Source: Vicinamibacteria bacterium (GTDB taxonomy: Bacteria > Acidobacteriota > Vicinamibacteria > Marinacidobacterales > Marinacidobacteraceae). Taken from it: a stretch of 64,000 bases of DNA. The translations under genes and the position numbers were made by a program. Position 1 is the first letter of the stretch. Each line of letters begins with the position of its first letter. Location of the stretch: positions 704,001 through 768,000 of the forward strand of contig CAXXLQ010000004.1 of assembly GCA_963668695.2 (NCBI GenBank). The letters are read 5' to 3'. Positions 1 through 9,910 of the stretch are shown in pieces. Below the pieces are notes generated by a model that saw only the letters and a program-made list of their open reading frames with translations, made no database searches and was not told where the DNA came from.

Positions 1-417
<417 letters not shown>

Positions 418-500
418 CTGGTCTTCTCCTTGTTTGCTGCGAGATTTGCTGTGAGACCTGCGGAATCAGATCGTCCCCACAGTAGGGGTGGGGGCGAGAG

Positions 501-575
<75 letters not shown>

Positions 576-671
576 GGAGACGAGGGCGGGGGCCGAAAGT
601 GCTCCGGATCAGCCGGACGCCGAAGCATCGGCCACGGTCCCGGGACAACACGGACTGCGCCGCGCCTTTCA

Positions 672-747
672 TGGAGCGGGAGACGGGATTCGGACCCGCG
701 ACCCTCAGCTTGGAAGGCTGATGCTCTGCCAACTGAGCTACTCCCGC
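672..747 (-). tRNA. tRNA-Gly(TCC)
   Basis: GCGGGAGTAGCTCAGTTGGCAGAGC...CTTCCAA...GGTCCGAATCCC...CCA with anticodon TCC. Confidence 0.95.
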
Positions 748-927
748 ATTATGGAATGAAAGAACCGCCGACAGTGGACGAACCGGGGGGCGAACCGGCG
801 AACTCCGATCCGCGGACGCCAGTACGGCATGTCCCCGGTGGGAGCGCGTCGGATCGACCCGGAGCGAGCCGTTGTCGGTAGTCAAAGTGGGCAAATGGCT
901 TCGGTTGGAGGAAACTTCGGAAGGAGG

Positions 928-1013
928 TGGTGGAGCGGGGAGGATTCGAACCTCCGAAGGCATAAGCCGGCAGGTTTACAGCCTGCTGCGTTTGGCCGCT
1001 TCGCTACCACTCC
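928..1013 (-). tRNA. tRNA-Tyr(GTA)
   Basis: GGAGTGGTAGCGAAGCGGCCAAACGC...CTGTAAA...long variable arm...GGTTCGAATCC...CCA. Confidence 0.96.
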
Positions 1014-1198
1014 GCCCGAAGAAAACTCCGCCGCTCACGAGACTGGAAAGCAACCTCCCTGATAACCAACCGGTCGATCCGGACCAATCATCCGGACCAA
1101 TCATCCGGATCAACCCCTCCAGACCCAGCACCGTCCGGTCCGATCCGTTAGGGTCGGACCCGAAAAGGTCCGGCCCGATGCGATCTGGCCCGATCCGG

Positions 1199-1271
1199 AG
1201 CTGGCGAAGGGACTTGAACCCTTGACCGGCTGATTACAAATCAGCTGCTCTGCCTCCTGAGCTACGCCAGC
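1199..1271 (-). tRNA. tRNA-Thr(TGT), CCA not encoded
   Basis: GCTGGCGTAGCTCAGGAGGCAGAGC...TTTGTAA...GGTTCAAGTCC. The canonical tufB tRNA order is preserved. Confidence 0.95.
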
Positions 1272-1290
1272 GTGCACCGGCGAACGGCCC

Positions 1291-1320
1291 ATTATAGAAG
1301 CGCGCTCATCGCAGTGTCAA
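1291..1320 (-). promoter_or_regulatory. Sigma70 promoter of the tRNA-tuf operon
   Basis: TTGACA (1320-1315), 18 nt, TATAAT (1296-1291), then a GC-rich discriminator (GGGCCG), 20 nt before tRNA-Thr. Confidence 0.85.
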
Positions 1321-1369
1321 CTGCGAATCGGTGGCGGTGTCCCGCCCCGCGGTGGAGGTCTGGGGCGCC

Positions 1370-1590
1370 AGCGGTCGGTGGGCAAAGTGGCGTGAGCGCC
1401 AAGGCCAGCCAGTTCTCCCGGTGGGGGCGAGGCGCCCGGTTGACAAGGCGCGCGAGGGAGGAATACCGAGTGTATTTCGACCGAAGCGCAACGATTGAGC
1501 GCCTCGCAGAGGCGCGATTCAGCCGGGATGTATCGCCAGCCGAGCCCCCACCGGGAGAACTGGGCCGCGTCACTTTGTCCACCGGCCGCT
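1370..1590. mobile_element. MITE-like repeat family A, copy 1
   Basis: Terminal inverted repeats AGCGGTCGGTGGGCAAAGTG / CACTTTGTCCACCGGCCGCT. Shared core GACAAGGCGCGCGAGGGAGGAATACCGAGTGTATTTCGACCGAA. Confidence 0.8.
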
Positions 1591-2389
1591 AGTCCAGTCC
1601 TCGCTGCCGCACGGTTTCATACAGCACGATGCCGGTGGCGACGGAAACGTTCAGGGAGCGAACCGAGCCCAGCTGCGGCAGGGAAACAAGGACTTCGCAC
1701 TCCTTCGAGACACCCGCCGCGAGGCCTCGTCCTTCAGACCCCACCGCCAAAACGGTGGGCTGTGTCCAGTCGAACTCGTGCCAGCGAGCGGTCGCCCGCG
1801 GGGTCAGCCCGACGGTCCAGTACCCATGAGCCTTGAGCGCCCGGAGGGCACTCGCGGCGCCCGGAATCCGAACGAGGCGGGCGCGCGCAATAGCCCCCGC
1901 CGACGCTGCGATCGCTACCGCTGAGGGCGGGGCGGCACCCCGGCGAGGCACCAAAACGGCGTCAACCCCCGCGCCGTCGGCGGCGCGGACCAGCGCCCCG
2001 AAATTCCGGGGATCTTCGATGCGGTCAAGCAGCAGAAGCAGGCTCGGCTTCGGTTCGAGGGACAAAACATCCCCGAGAGACAACCACCGTATCGGTGAGA
2101 CCTCGCACGCGGCCCCCTGATGACGTGCTCCCTCGGAAATCCTGTCCAGGTGCTGATTGGGAACCCGCTGCAGCGGAACCCCACGGGCCCGGGCGATCTT
2201 CAGCAGGGCCTCATGGCGGTACTGAAGCGGTCCCGTGCGAACCAGCACCCGCCGGACCTGATTCGGGATGCCCTGCAGTGTCTCCTCCACCCTGGCCGGG
2301 CCGAAGACCCAGGTCGCCCCTCGGTCCTCGTTACTCCTTTCGGCGGATTCGGCGTCCCTCTCCGGGCGACGCTTTTCGTGCTGCGTCAT
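1589..2389 (-). CDS. rlmB: TrmH/SpoU family RNA 2'-O-methyltransferase (RlmB-like)
   Basis: Motifs HQG, LDRIEDPRNFGALVRAA, GSEGRGL, SLNVSVA. Confidence 0.85.
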   Translation of the reverse strand: MTQHEKRRPERDAESAERSNEDRGATWVFGPARVEETLQGIPNQVRRVLVRTGPLQYRHEALLKIARARGVPLQRVPNQHLDRISEGARHQGAACEVSPIRWLSLGDVLSLEPKPSLLLLLDRIEDPRNFGALVRAADGAGVDAVLVPRRGAAPPSAVAIAASAGAIARARLVRIPGAASALRALKAHGYWTVGLTPRATARWHEFDWTQPTVLAVGSEGRGLAAGVSKECEVLVSLPQLGSVRSLNVSVATGIVLYETVRQRGLD

Positions 2390-3615
2390 CCGGGGGGCGC
2401 CGCCGTCTCAAGGGTCGGCCCCCGGGGGTCCAGGCGCACCAGAGCCTTCGCGGCCAACCCCTCGCCCCTCCCGGTGAAGCCCATTCCGTCGGTGGTTGTC
2501 GCCTTGAGGCCTACGGCGCTTGGGGGGATGCCGAGCAGGAGGCCCAGGCGGCGACGCATCTCGTCGATTCGCGGGGCGAGCCGCGGTTGCTCGGCGACAA
2601 TGGTGAGATCAACCTGACCGGGCGCATAGCCGGCGCTAGCCGCAAACTCGAGAGCCCGCTTCACGAACACTTCGCTCGCTGCCCCGCGAAGCGCGGGGTC
2701 GGAAGACGGAAACAGCGCTCCGATGTCAGGCGCAGCAACGGCGCCGAGGATGGCGTCGGCCAGGGCGTGGAGGACTGCGTCCCCGTCGGAATGTCCTTCC
2801 AGCGCGACAACCCCCGGGAAAAGGATGCCTCCCAACCGGAGCGTCCCGCTGGTTCCAAACCGGTGAGCATCGAAACCAAAACCGATCCTCGGCATTCCAA
2901 TGCCCCCGCCCAGCAGGGTGCGGGCGACCTCAAGATCGATCGGACGGGTCACTTTCAGGTTCCGCGGACTCCCCGCAACGACCCGAACCGGATGGCCGGA
3001 GGAGCGCACCGCCGACGCCTCGTCCGTTCCGGATTCGCCCTCTGCCGCCGCCCGGAGGAGCGCGTCCCTGAGCAGGCTCCGCCGGAAACACTGTGGCGTC
3101 TGGACAGCGACAGTGTGCTCCCGATCCACGAGGCTATCCGCAGTTCCGCCGGCGCCCACGCGCCACAGAGTGTCCGACGGACGGCATCCGGGGATCGCGG
3201 CGCCATGGCGGTGCGCGGCCTTGATGACCTCTTCGACCAGAGACGGCGGTGGCGTCGGCCTCGCCCCGTCGTGGACGGCCACCAGATCCGCAAACCGACC
3301 CTCTTCCCGTTGGAACCGTTCGTCGAGCGCGTCGAGTCCGCGCGATGTCGATTCCTGGCGGGTGCCACCCCCGGGACAGAAGGAGACCCGGTTGCCCTCT
3401 TGATCGAAGAACGGACGCAATTCCGCTTGCCAGGAATCGAAACCCAGCGCCGGGAGGACGAGCACCAGACGTGTCACGGATTCCGAAGCGAGGACCGCGC
3501 GGACTGAATGGACGACCAGGGGAAGGCCAAGGACCGGCTGGAACTGTTTCGGGATCTCCCCCGAGCCGAACCGCGTCCCGGAACCGGCTGCTACGACGAC
3601 CGCGCCAACCCGCAT
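2386..3615 (-). CDS. ispDF: Bifunctional IspD/IspF
   Basis: N-terminal AAGSGTRF..PKQF, VHDGARP, VQTPQ. C-terminal RIGFGFDAH, GHSDGDAVLHALADAILGA, KATT. Confidence 0.93.
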   Translation of the reverse strand: MRVGAVVVAAGSGTRFGSGEIPKQFQPVLGLPLVVHSVRAVLASESVTRLVLVLPALGFDSWQAELRPFFDQEGNRVSFCPGGGTRQESTSRGLDALDERFQREEGRFADLVAVHDGARPTPPPSLVEEVIKAAHRHGAAIPGCRPSDTLWRVGAGGTADSLVDREHTVAVQTPQCFRRSLLRDALLRAAAEGESGTDEASAVRSSGHPVRVVAGSPRNLKVTRPIDLEVARTLLGGGIGMPRIGFGFDAHRFGTSGTLRLGGILFPGVVALEGHSDGDAVLHALADAILGAVAAPDIGALFPSSDPALRGAASEVFVKRALEFAASAGYAPGQVDLTIVAEQPRLAPRIDEMRRRLGLLLGIPPSAVGLKATTTDGMGFTGRGEGLAAKALVRLDPRGPTLETAAPPG

Positions 3616-3631
3616 GGTGGGGGACCTCCCG

Positions 3632-5011
3632 CTAGGCAATCGCGGCGAGCGCCTCGTCCAGGGCCTCGACCGCAACGAGCTGCATTTCCGCCGGCCGTTC
3701 GGCAGTACGAAGACCTCTCGGATTCATCACCGCACGGCAGTATCCGAGCCGCGCCGCCTCCCGCAACCGGATCCCCGCCTGGTGGACGGGTCGCACCTCT
3801 CCGGAAAGGCCGACTTCACCCAGAAAAACGATTCCCCGAGGGAGGGGGGTTCCCCGCCGCCGGGAAACCAACGCCGCGAGGAGACCCAGATCGGCGGCCG
3901 GCTCGCTCACCGTGAGACCACCGGTAACCGACACATAGACATCACTGCGGAGAAGTCCCCCCCCGCCACTCCTCTCCAAAACGGCCAGTAGCACGGCAAG
4001 ACGCCCTCCGTCGAACCCAACCGGAACCCGTCGGGGATAAGCAAGGGGGCTCTCGGCGAGCAACACCTGGATCTCGGCGAGGAGAGGCCTCGTTCCCTCC
4101 AGCGTGCACACCACCGCCGACCCCGGCTTGGGAGCGCCTCCCGTCAGGAACAGCTCCGAGGGATTCTTGACCGGCACCAGGCCCTGCCCCGTCATGTCGA
4201 ACACACCGAGCTCGCCGGCCGCGCCGAAACGGTTCTTCACCGCGCGCAGCAGCCGGTGGGGCTGCCTCCGGTCCCCTTCGAAGTGCAGCACGGTATCCAC
4301 CATGTGTTCGAGAGTGCGGGGCCCCGCGATAGCCCCATCCTTGTTGACATGACCGATGATGAACACGGGAACCCGCGTGGCCTTGGCGTACAGCACGAGC
4401 GACGCAGCCGACTCCCGGACCTGGGTGACCGTCCCCGGGGCGCCGCTGATCTCGGGCGAGTGGACGCACTGCACCGAATCGAGCACCAGCAGCCGCGGTT
4501 GGACGGACTGCGCCGCTTCGAGGATCCGCGGCATGCTCGTCTCCGAAAAGAGAAGGAGCGATTCCGGCCGGATGCCCAGGCGCTCGCCGCGCAGCTTGAG
4601 TTGGTGCTCGGATTCCTCTCCACTCACGTACAGCACGGGTTCTCCGGAAGCGGCGGCGGCAGCGGCCAACTGCAGCAAGAGGGTGCTCTTTCCGGCGCCT
4701 GGCTCTCCAGCGACCAGCACCGCGGAGCCGGGCACCACCCCGCCACCCAGAACGCGGTCGAGTTCCGGGATACCGAGCGGACGCCGGGGCGCCGCCGCGG
4801 TGTCTACATCGTTCCAGGCGACCGGCTTCGAGGCGCCCCCGCCGGCCGCCGCGACAAACCCGCGCCAGCGTCCCGCCGCCGCATCCGCCTGCGGCACCTC
4901 GTGTTCGACGAGCGGAGTCTGCGCGGAACAGGACGGGCAGTACCCCATCCAACGGGAGTAGTCCTGCCCGCACTCCACACAGGCGAAGCGAACGCCGGAC
5001 CGCTTTGCCAC
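3632..5011 (-). CDS. radA: DNA repair protein RadA/Sms
   Basis: CxxC..CxxC zinc finger, GEPGAGKST, KNRFG, and a Lon-like C-terminus. GTG start inferred. Confidence 0.96.
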   Translation of the reverse strand: MAKRSGVRFACVECGQDYSRWMGYCPSCSAQTPLVEHEVPQADAAAGRWRGFVAAAGGGASKPVAWNDVDTAAAPRRPLGIPELDRVLGGGVVPGSAVLVAGEPGAGKSTLLLQLAAAAAASGEPVLYVSGEESEHQLKLRGERLGIRPESLLLFSETSMPRILEAAQSVQPRLLVLDSVQCVHSPEISGAPGTVTQVRESAASLVLYAKATRVPVFIIGHVNKDGAIAGPRTLEHMVDTVLHFEGDRRQPHRLLRAVKNRFGAAGELGVFDMTGQGLVPVKNPSELFLTGGAPKPGSAVVCTLEGTRPLLAEIQVLLAESPLAYPRRVPVGFDGGRLAVLLAVLERSGGGGLLRSDVYVSVTGGLTVSEPAADLGLLAALVSRRRGTPLPRGIVFLGEVGLSGEVRPVHQAGIRLREAARLGYCRAVMNPRGLRTAERPAEMQLVAVEALDEALAAIA

Positions 5012-5015
5012 CAGC

Positions 5016-6416
5016 TCAGAAACCCAGATCCTCACCCGGGTTGGGGTAGTCGATGTCCCGGCCCGCCTCTTCATCGGCCAGATTCTCGAACCTCGTGTAG
5101 CGATCAAGCCAGGCGAGCTTGATGTTCCCGACCGGACCGTTGCGGTTCTTCGCGACGATGACCCGGCGTACCGGAGGAGAGGGCGCGTCGACATCGTCCA
5201 CCCCTTCCTTTTTCTTCTGCCACTCCCGGTGGATGAAGATCACGATGTCCGCGTCCTGCTCGAGAGCGCCCGATTCACGCAAGTCGGAAAGCCGCGGCAC
5301 GGTGGAAGCCCCGGTGCGTTGCTCCGGCGCTCGACTGAGCTGAGAGAGCGCCAGAACCGGAACATCGAGTTCCTTGGCCAGTAGTTTGAAAGACCGGCTG
5401 ATCTCGGCGATCTCCAGATTGCGGTTCTCGAAGCGCCGCGTTCCGGGCTCCGACCCACGCATGAGTTGCAGATAGTCGATCACGATCAGATCGAGCCCAT
5501 GCTCGCGACTGAGCTGACGCGCCTTCGAACGAAGTTCGACAGGCGTAACGTTCGAATCGTCCACGTAGATCGGCATGCGGGCGACAACGGGAAGCGTGGT
5601 CTGGATGAGTCTGCGATCCCTTTCACTGAGCATTCCGGGGCGTGACAACTGCCGAGCGTCCACCCGTGCCTGGGAAAAGAGAAGCCGCGCGGCAATCTGC
5701 CGGAGGGGCATCTCGAGACTGAAAATCAGAACCCGCTTGCCGGCGTGACCGGCAGCCAGGGCGATGTTCAGAGCAAGACTGGTCTTGCCCTCACCGGGTC
5801 GGGCTCCGACCAGGATCAGGTCCGACTTCCGCAGGCCGCCCATGAGGTCATCGAGGTCCTGAAACCCGGTGCGGATGCCTGAGAACCCTTCGCGTTTCCT
5901 GGAGGACTCTTCGGCGAGGCGGCCCAGATCCTCGGTGAGCCGCACCGGACCGGATGCGAAGGATCCCTCCGCGATCGCAAAGAGATCCTGCTCGGCAGCG
6001 GCGAGAATTTCCTGTGGGCGGTTCCGAACGGCCTCGCTCGCGATGCGGCTGCCGAACTGATGAAGTTCGCGGCTGAGCGAGTGCTCGCGCACCAGCCTGG
6101 CGTAATCCGCAGCGTTCGAGGAGCGCGCCACCCCATCGACCAGTTCGCTGAGGTACCCGCCGCCGCCGGCCACCTCCAGCCTCCCAGTCCGCTCGAGTTC
6201 CGCGCGCACGGTGAGCAGATCGATCTTCCGGACCTCGGGGGCGTCGTCGAGCAGACAGAAAACCTCGAAGATCCGCTGGTGGCGGCCATCGTGGAAGTCC
6301 TTGGATTTCAGGATCTCGCGAACGGCGTCGAGCTGGCGTCGATCCACCAGCACCGCGGCGAGGACAGCCCGTTCGGCCGCCGCATCCTGGGGGAGGCGCA
6401 CGGCTTCGTCCGGCAC
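5016..6416 (-). CDS. dnaB: Replicative DNA helicase
   Basis: GARPGEGKT, IDYLQL, LSQLSR, SDLRESGALEQDAD, AKNRNGP. No intein seen. Confidence 0.97.
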   Translation of the reverse strand: MPDEAVRLPQDAAAERAVLAAVLVDRRQLDAVREILKSKDFHDGRHQRIFEVFCLLDDAPEVRKIDLLTVRAELERTGRLEVAGGGGYLSELVDGVARSSNAADYARLVREHSLSRELHQFGSRIASEAVRNRPQEILAAAEQDLFAIAEGSFASGPVRLTEDLGRLAEESSRKREGFSGIRTGFQDLDDLMGGLRKSDLILVGARPGEGKTSLALNIALAAGHAGKRVLIFSLEMPLRQIAARLLFSQARVDARQLSRPGMLSERDRRLIQTTLPVVARMPIYVDDSNVTPVELRSKARQLSREHGLDLIVIDYLQLMRGSEPGTRRFENRNLEIAEISRSFKLLAKELDVPVLALSQLSRAPEQRTGASTVPRLSDLRESGALEQDADIVIFIHREWQKKKEGVDDVDAPSPPVRRVIVAKNRNGPVGNIKLAWLDRYTRFENLADEEAGRDIDYPNPGEDLGF

Positions 6417-6479
6417 GGCCAGACGCCTCGCTACAACTTTTCCCCGAAGGGAGCGGGGTTCACAGGCTGCTCGGCGCGG

Positions 6480-7064
6480 TCAGTCCTCCGAGTCGTCCGC
6501 TTCCTCGGAGGACACCCCGGAGACAGCCTCATCCTCGCCGGATTCGGCAGCGTCAACGCGACTGGCTGATACCTCTGTCGGGATTTCCGGCAGCGGTTCC
6601 ACCCCGAGGGACCCGGCGGCGACCGGAAAAACCTCGATCGGAAGGTCCACCTCGACTTCGCTGTGAAGCCGGATGACGGCCGCGCTCGGGCCTGCGACCT
6701 TGATCTGGCCGCCGAGTATGATGCGGTTGCGGGCGATCTGGAACCCGTTCTCCGCAAGCTGTCGGGCTATGTCCTGAACCGAAACCGAGCCGTAGAGCTC
6801 ATTCGAATCCGTTTTCACCCGACGTTCGAATCGGAGGGTCTGGCCCTCGAGAGTGCGGGCGAGGGCCTCGGCCGCGTCTCGCTCCTTGACCCTCTCCACG
6901 GTCCACACCTTTCGGGCTTCGACCACCTCTTGGCGGTTTTCTTCGGTGATCGGAATCGCGATCCGCCGGGGAAGCAGATAGTTGCGAGCATAGCCCGGGC
7001 GGACGTTTACTTCGTCGCCCGGTTCACCCAGGGAATCTACGGGCTGTCTCAACAGGAGGCGCAT
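6480..7064 (-). CDS. rplI: 50S ribosomal protein L9 with acidic tail
   Basis: LGEPGDEVNVRPGYARNYLLP and LYGSVS motifs. Confidence 0.96.
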   Translation of the reverse strand: MRLLLRQPVDSLGEPGDEVNVRPGYARNYLLPRRIAIPITEENRQEVVEARKVWTVERVKERDAAEALARTLEGQTLRFERRVKTDSNELYGSVSVQDIARQLAENGFQIARNRIILGGQIKVAGPSAAVIRLHSEVEVDLPIEVFPVAAGSLGVEPLPEIPTEVSASRVDAAESGEDEAVSGVSSEEADDSED

Positions 7065-7087
7065 GGGACTCTTCCCCGTCGGTGGCG

Positions 7088-7333
7088 CTATGCGTAGGGC
7101 AGGAGCGCCATCTGCCGGGCCCGCTTGATGGCGACCCGGATCTGACGCTGTGCTCGGGCGCTCGCCCGCGATACGCGGCGAGGCGCAATCTTGGCGCGAT
7201 CACCGAGGAACTCGCGAAGAAAATCCACGTCCTTCCAGTCCACCCGGTCTACGCCATTCAACACTGGGTTGACCCTCACCCGCCGTACGGTCGGCCGACC
7301 TCGGCGGTTAGGGGTCGCAAGTCTGTCGCTCAT
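7088..7333 (-). CDS. rpsR: 30S ribosomal protein S18 (Cys-free form)
   Basis: [34 protein letters not shown] with an AAGGAG RBS. Confidence 0.95.
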   Translation of the reverse strand: MSDRLATPNRRGRPTVRRVRVNPVLNGVDRVDWKDVDFLREFLGDRAKIAPRRVSRASARAQRQIRVAIKRARQMALLPYA

Positions 7334-8288
7334 GAAGTCTTCTCCTTGTCATTTCGAGTGGACCCGTCCCAAGTGGACCGGTCAGAGGACCGATCAGAGG
7401 GCCGGTCAGAGGACCGATCAGAGGGCCGGTCAGAGGACCGATCAGAGGACCGGTCAGAGGACCGGTCAGAGGGCCGGTCAGAGGACCGATCAGAGGACCG
7501 GTCAGAGGACCGATCAGAGGACCGATCAGAGGACCGGTCAGAGGACCGGTCAGAGGACCGGTCAGAGGACCGATCAGAGGACCGGTCAGAGGACCGGTCA
7601 GAGGACCGGTCAGAGGACCGGTCAGAGGACCGATCAGAGGACCGATCAGAGGACCGGTCAGAGGACCGATCAGAGGACCGATCAGAGGACCGATCAGAGG
7701 ACCGATCAGAGGACCGATCAGAGGACCGATCAGAGGACCGATCAGAGGACCGATCAGAGGACCGGTCAGAGACCGGTCCTCTGACCTCGCGCGTCGGGCT
7801 CGCTCGGGATCTTTTTCGCCGGCCTCCCCAGCCGCTTCCCTACTGGCCCTGGCGGCGGCCTCGGCTGCGGCCTCGACGGCGCGGGCGGCCCGTTCCTCGC
7901 GTCGGCGAAGGTCCGCCGCCTGGTCACGCTCGCGGCTCTCCTTGTCCGTCCGCAGCACGATAAACCGCAAGACGCCTTCAGCAAGGCGAACGCGACTCTC
8001 GATACCCCTGATGGAAGCTGGAGGCGCATCGAAATAGCAAAGGATGTAGAGGCCTTCGTGGTGCCCGGCGATGGGATACGCAAGCCGTCGCCGCTCCCAC
8101 GGCTTCAGGCTCGCGATCTCGCCGCCTTGCCCCTTGACGATTCCCTCCACGCGCTCGACCACCGCCAGGGAGGCTGCGTCATCGAGGGTCGGATCCAGAA
8201 TGAACATGAATTCGTATCCGTTCATTAGGGAATCCGCTGGTGGGGGGCCCGCCGGGGCCGTCGTTTGGGGACTCGGCTGTACGCTCAT
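7308..8288 (-). CDS. rpsF: 30S ribosomal protein S6 with a long repeat-encoded C-terminal extension
   Basis: [27 protein letters not shown] core. The frame stays open across the 12-bp array and overlaps the rpsR start. Start may be 8225. Confidence 0.9.
   Translation of the reverse strand: MSVQPSPQTTAPAGPPPADSLMNGYEFMFILDPTLDDAASLAVVERVEGIVKGQGGEIASLKPWERRRLAYPIAGHHEGLYILCYFDAPPASIRGIESRVRLAEGVLRFIVLRTDKESRERDQAADLRRREERAARAVEAAAEAAARASREAAGEAGEKDPERARRARSEDRSLTGPLIGPLIGPLIGPLIGPLIGPLIGPLIGPLIGPLTGPLIGPLIGPLTGPLTGPLTGPLTGPLIGPLTGPLTGPLTGPLIGPLIGPLTGPLIGPLTGPLTGPLTGPLIGPLTGPLIGPLTGPLIGPLTGPLGTGPLEMTRRRLHERQTCDP
7375..7770. repeat. Tandem repeat, 33 x 12 bp (GGACCG[A/G]TCAGA)
   Basis: Directly visible, 396 bp. 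Three unit variants, plus one inverted unit at 7771-7786. Confidence 0.97.
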
Positions 8289-8361
8289 TCGAGGCTGTCT
8301 CCAGCGTCACCTGTGACGCCATCCGCAAGGAACTGTGCGGGAATCTGCGGACGGTTGCGCA

Positions 8362-8934
8362 TCATGCAGTCGTCCGGTTGAACCGGTTCATGGCAATCTC
8401 GATCCCCTGCCCGACCGCGGTTTCGATGGCCTGCACCGCACGCTCCAACAGATCTTCCACCGGAGCGGTCTCTTGGGAGGTAAAGCGCGAAAGCACAAAG
8501 TCAGCCGGATCCTCTCCGGCCGGGGGATTTCCGATGCCGAGGCGCATCCTCGGGATCTCGTCCGTTCCGAGAGCGGCGAGAATGGACGCCAGGCCGTTAT
8601 GACCACCGTGGCTCCCACGGCGGCGGGTCCGAATCGCTCCCAACGGGAGCGCGTAGTCATCACACACGATGAGGGTCGTCTCCGGCGACAGGCCTTCGCT
8701 CTGCAACAGGCGCCGCACCGGACCGCCGCTCCGGTTCATGTAGCCCATGGGCCGCAGCAGGCCGATGTCCCGGCCAGCAATCTCGGTCTGGACGAGAAGG
8801 CCGCCGTCCAAGTGGCGAGGCTGCACGGATCGGTCTTGCAGCAGGGCGGCAACGGCGTCGAAGCCGATGTTGTGCCGGGTTCCTTCATAGCGGGCATCCG
8901 GATTGCCGAGTCCCACAATGAGCCGGACCGGCAC
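8362..8934 (-). CDS. pth: Peptidyl-tRNA hydrolase
   Basis: LIVGLGNP..TRHNIGF, YMNRSG, GGHNGL, RMRLGIG. Start inferred. Confidence 0.95.
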   Translation of the reverse strand: MPVRLIVGLGNPDARYEGTRHNIGFDAVAALLQDRSVQPRHLDGGLLVQTEIAGRDIGLLRPMGYMNRSGGPVRRLLQSEGLSPETTLIVCDDYALPLGAIRTRRRGSHGGHNGLASILAALGTDEIPRMRLGIGNPPAGEDPADFVLSRFTSQETAPVEDLLERAVQAIETAVGQGIEIAMNRFNRTTA

Positions 8935-9080
8935 TGCAACGCGAGTCGGAAGTTCGTCCGGTATCCCTTCCCCGGTTTCGCCGGCAACGCTCGAACAAGG
9001 ATCGCTCACAGCAAAAGCCGACCAAGACGCCGGCTGGGAACGGAGACTGGGCAACACGCTGGATCAGAAGGTTCCGCGGA

Positions 9081-9698
9081 TCACTCTTCCGGCGCTTCAG
9101 TCGCGTCTTCGTCTTCCTGCTCGGCCTCGTCGTCAGTTCCCTTCGGCGGGGAGACATGCACGATGACCACGTCCCGTTCCGTCGCGAGGCTGAGTCGTTC
9201 CGGCAAGTCGATGTCCGCAGCCCGCACGGTGTCACCGTAGTCGAACTCGGTGACAGCGAGCGGAAGGAACTCCGGGATGTCGTGCGGCAGGCAACTGACG
9301 ATGAGAAACCTCGTGATGAAGTCAATTTGCCCACCGCGTTTGACACCCTTGGACTCTCCTTCAAGGTGAACGGGGACATGCCAATCCGACGCCTTGTCCA
9401 GATCCACCCGCATCAGGTCCGCATGAAGGACTGAGTGGTCGAGCGGGTGCAGCTGATAGTCGTGAATCATCACCTGCTCCACGTTCTCCTCGCCGTCGAT
9501 CTCCAGCGAGAAGATGGTGTTCACGCCGTGCGGTGAACGAACGATTTCGGTGACGTGACGCGGTGAAACCGCTAGCGCGCGGGCGCTTCCAGCGCCTCCG
9601 TACACGACGGCCGGAATCATCCCGGTCGCCCGAAGGCGGCGATTCGGCCCCTTGCCGACTGCGGTGCGGGAACTCGCGGGAATCGAGAGTTGAGCCAT
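9081..9698 (-). CDS. rplY: 50S ribosomal protein L25/Ctc
   Basis: GKGPNRRLRATGMIPAVVYG, HADL, GVKRGG. Lies between prs and pth. Confidence 0.95.
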   Translation of the reverse strand: MAQLSIPASSRTAVGKGPNRRLRATGMIPAVVYGGAGSARALAVSPRHVTEIVRSPHGVNTIFSLEIDGEENVEQVMIHDYQLHPLDHSVLHADLMRVDLDKASDWHVPVHLEGESKGVKRGGQIDFITRFLIVSCLPHDIPEFLPLAVTEFDYGDTVRAADIDLPERLSLATERDVVIVHVSPPKGTDDEAEQEDEDATEAPEE

Positions 9699-9910
9699 GG
9701 AAGTGTGGGTGGGTGTGTGCGTTATGGGCAGCGTTGTGGACTGGGGTGGCCGGCGATCCGGTAACGGGGAGAGGGACGCAGGAAGCGCCGTCCTCAAAAC
9801 CCTTTTCGAAAACCCTTCTCGGTGGGCCGCGGGAGAGTGCGCCTGAGAAGTCTGGTGGATGCCGCCGCGGCGCCATCCACTGCTCACCGGCAATACAGGG
9901 CCGCGAAGTC

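Noticed and set aside
5016-6416. Intein in DnaB
   Set aside because: Length is normal (466 aa) and the motifs are uninterrupted.
7375-7770. CRISPR array
   Set aside because: The 12-bp units are contiguous with no spacers.
7082-7963. Plus-strand ORFs encoding (SEDR)n or (QRTD/G)n as separate genes
   Set aside because: They are antisense to rpsR/rpsF, are open only because the 12-mer lacks stops in those frames, and have no RBS or recognisable domain.
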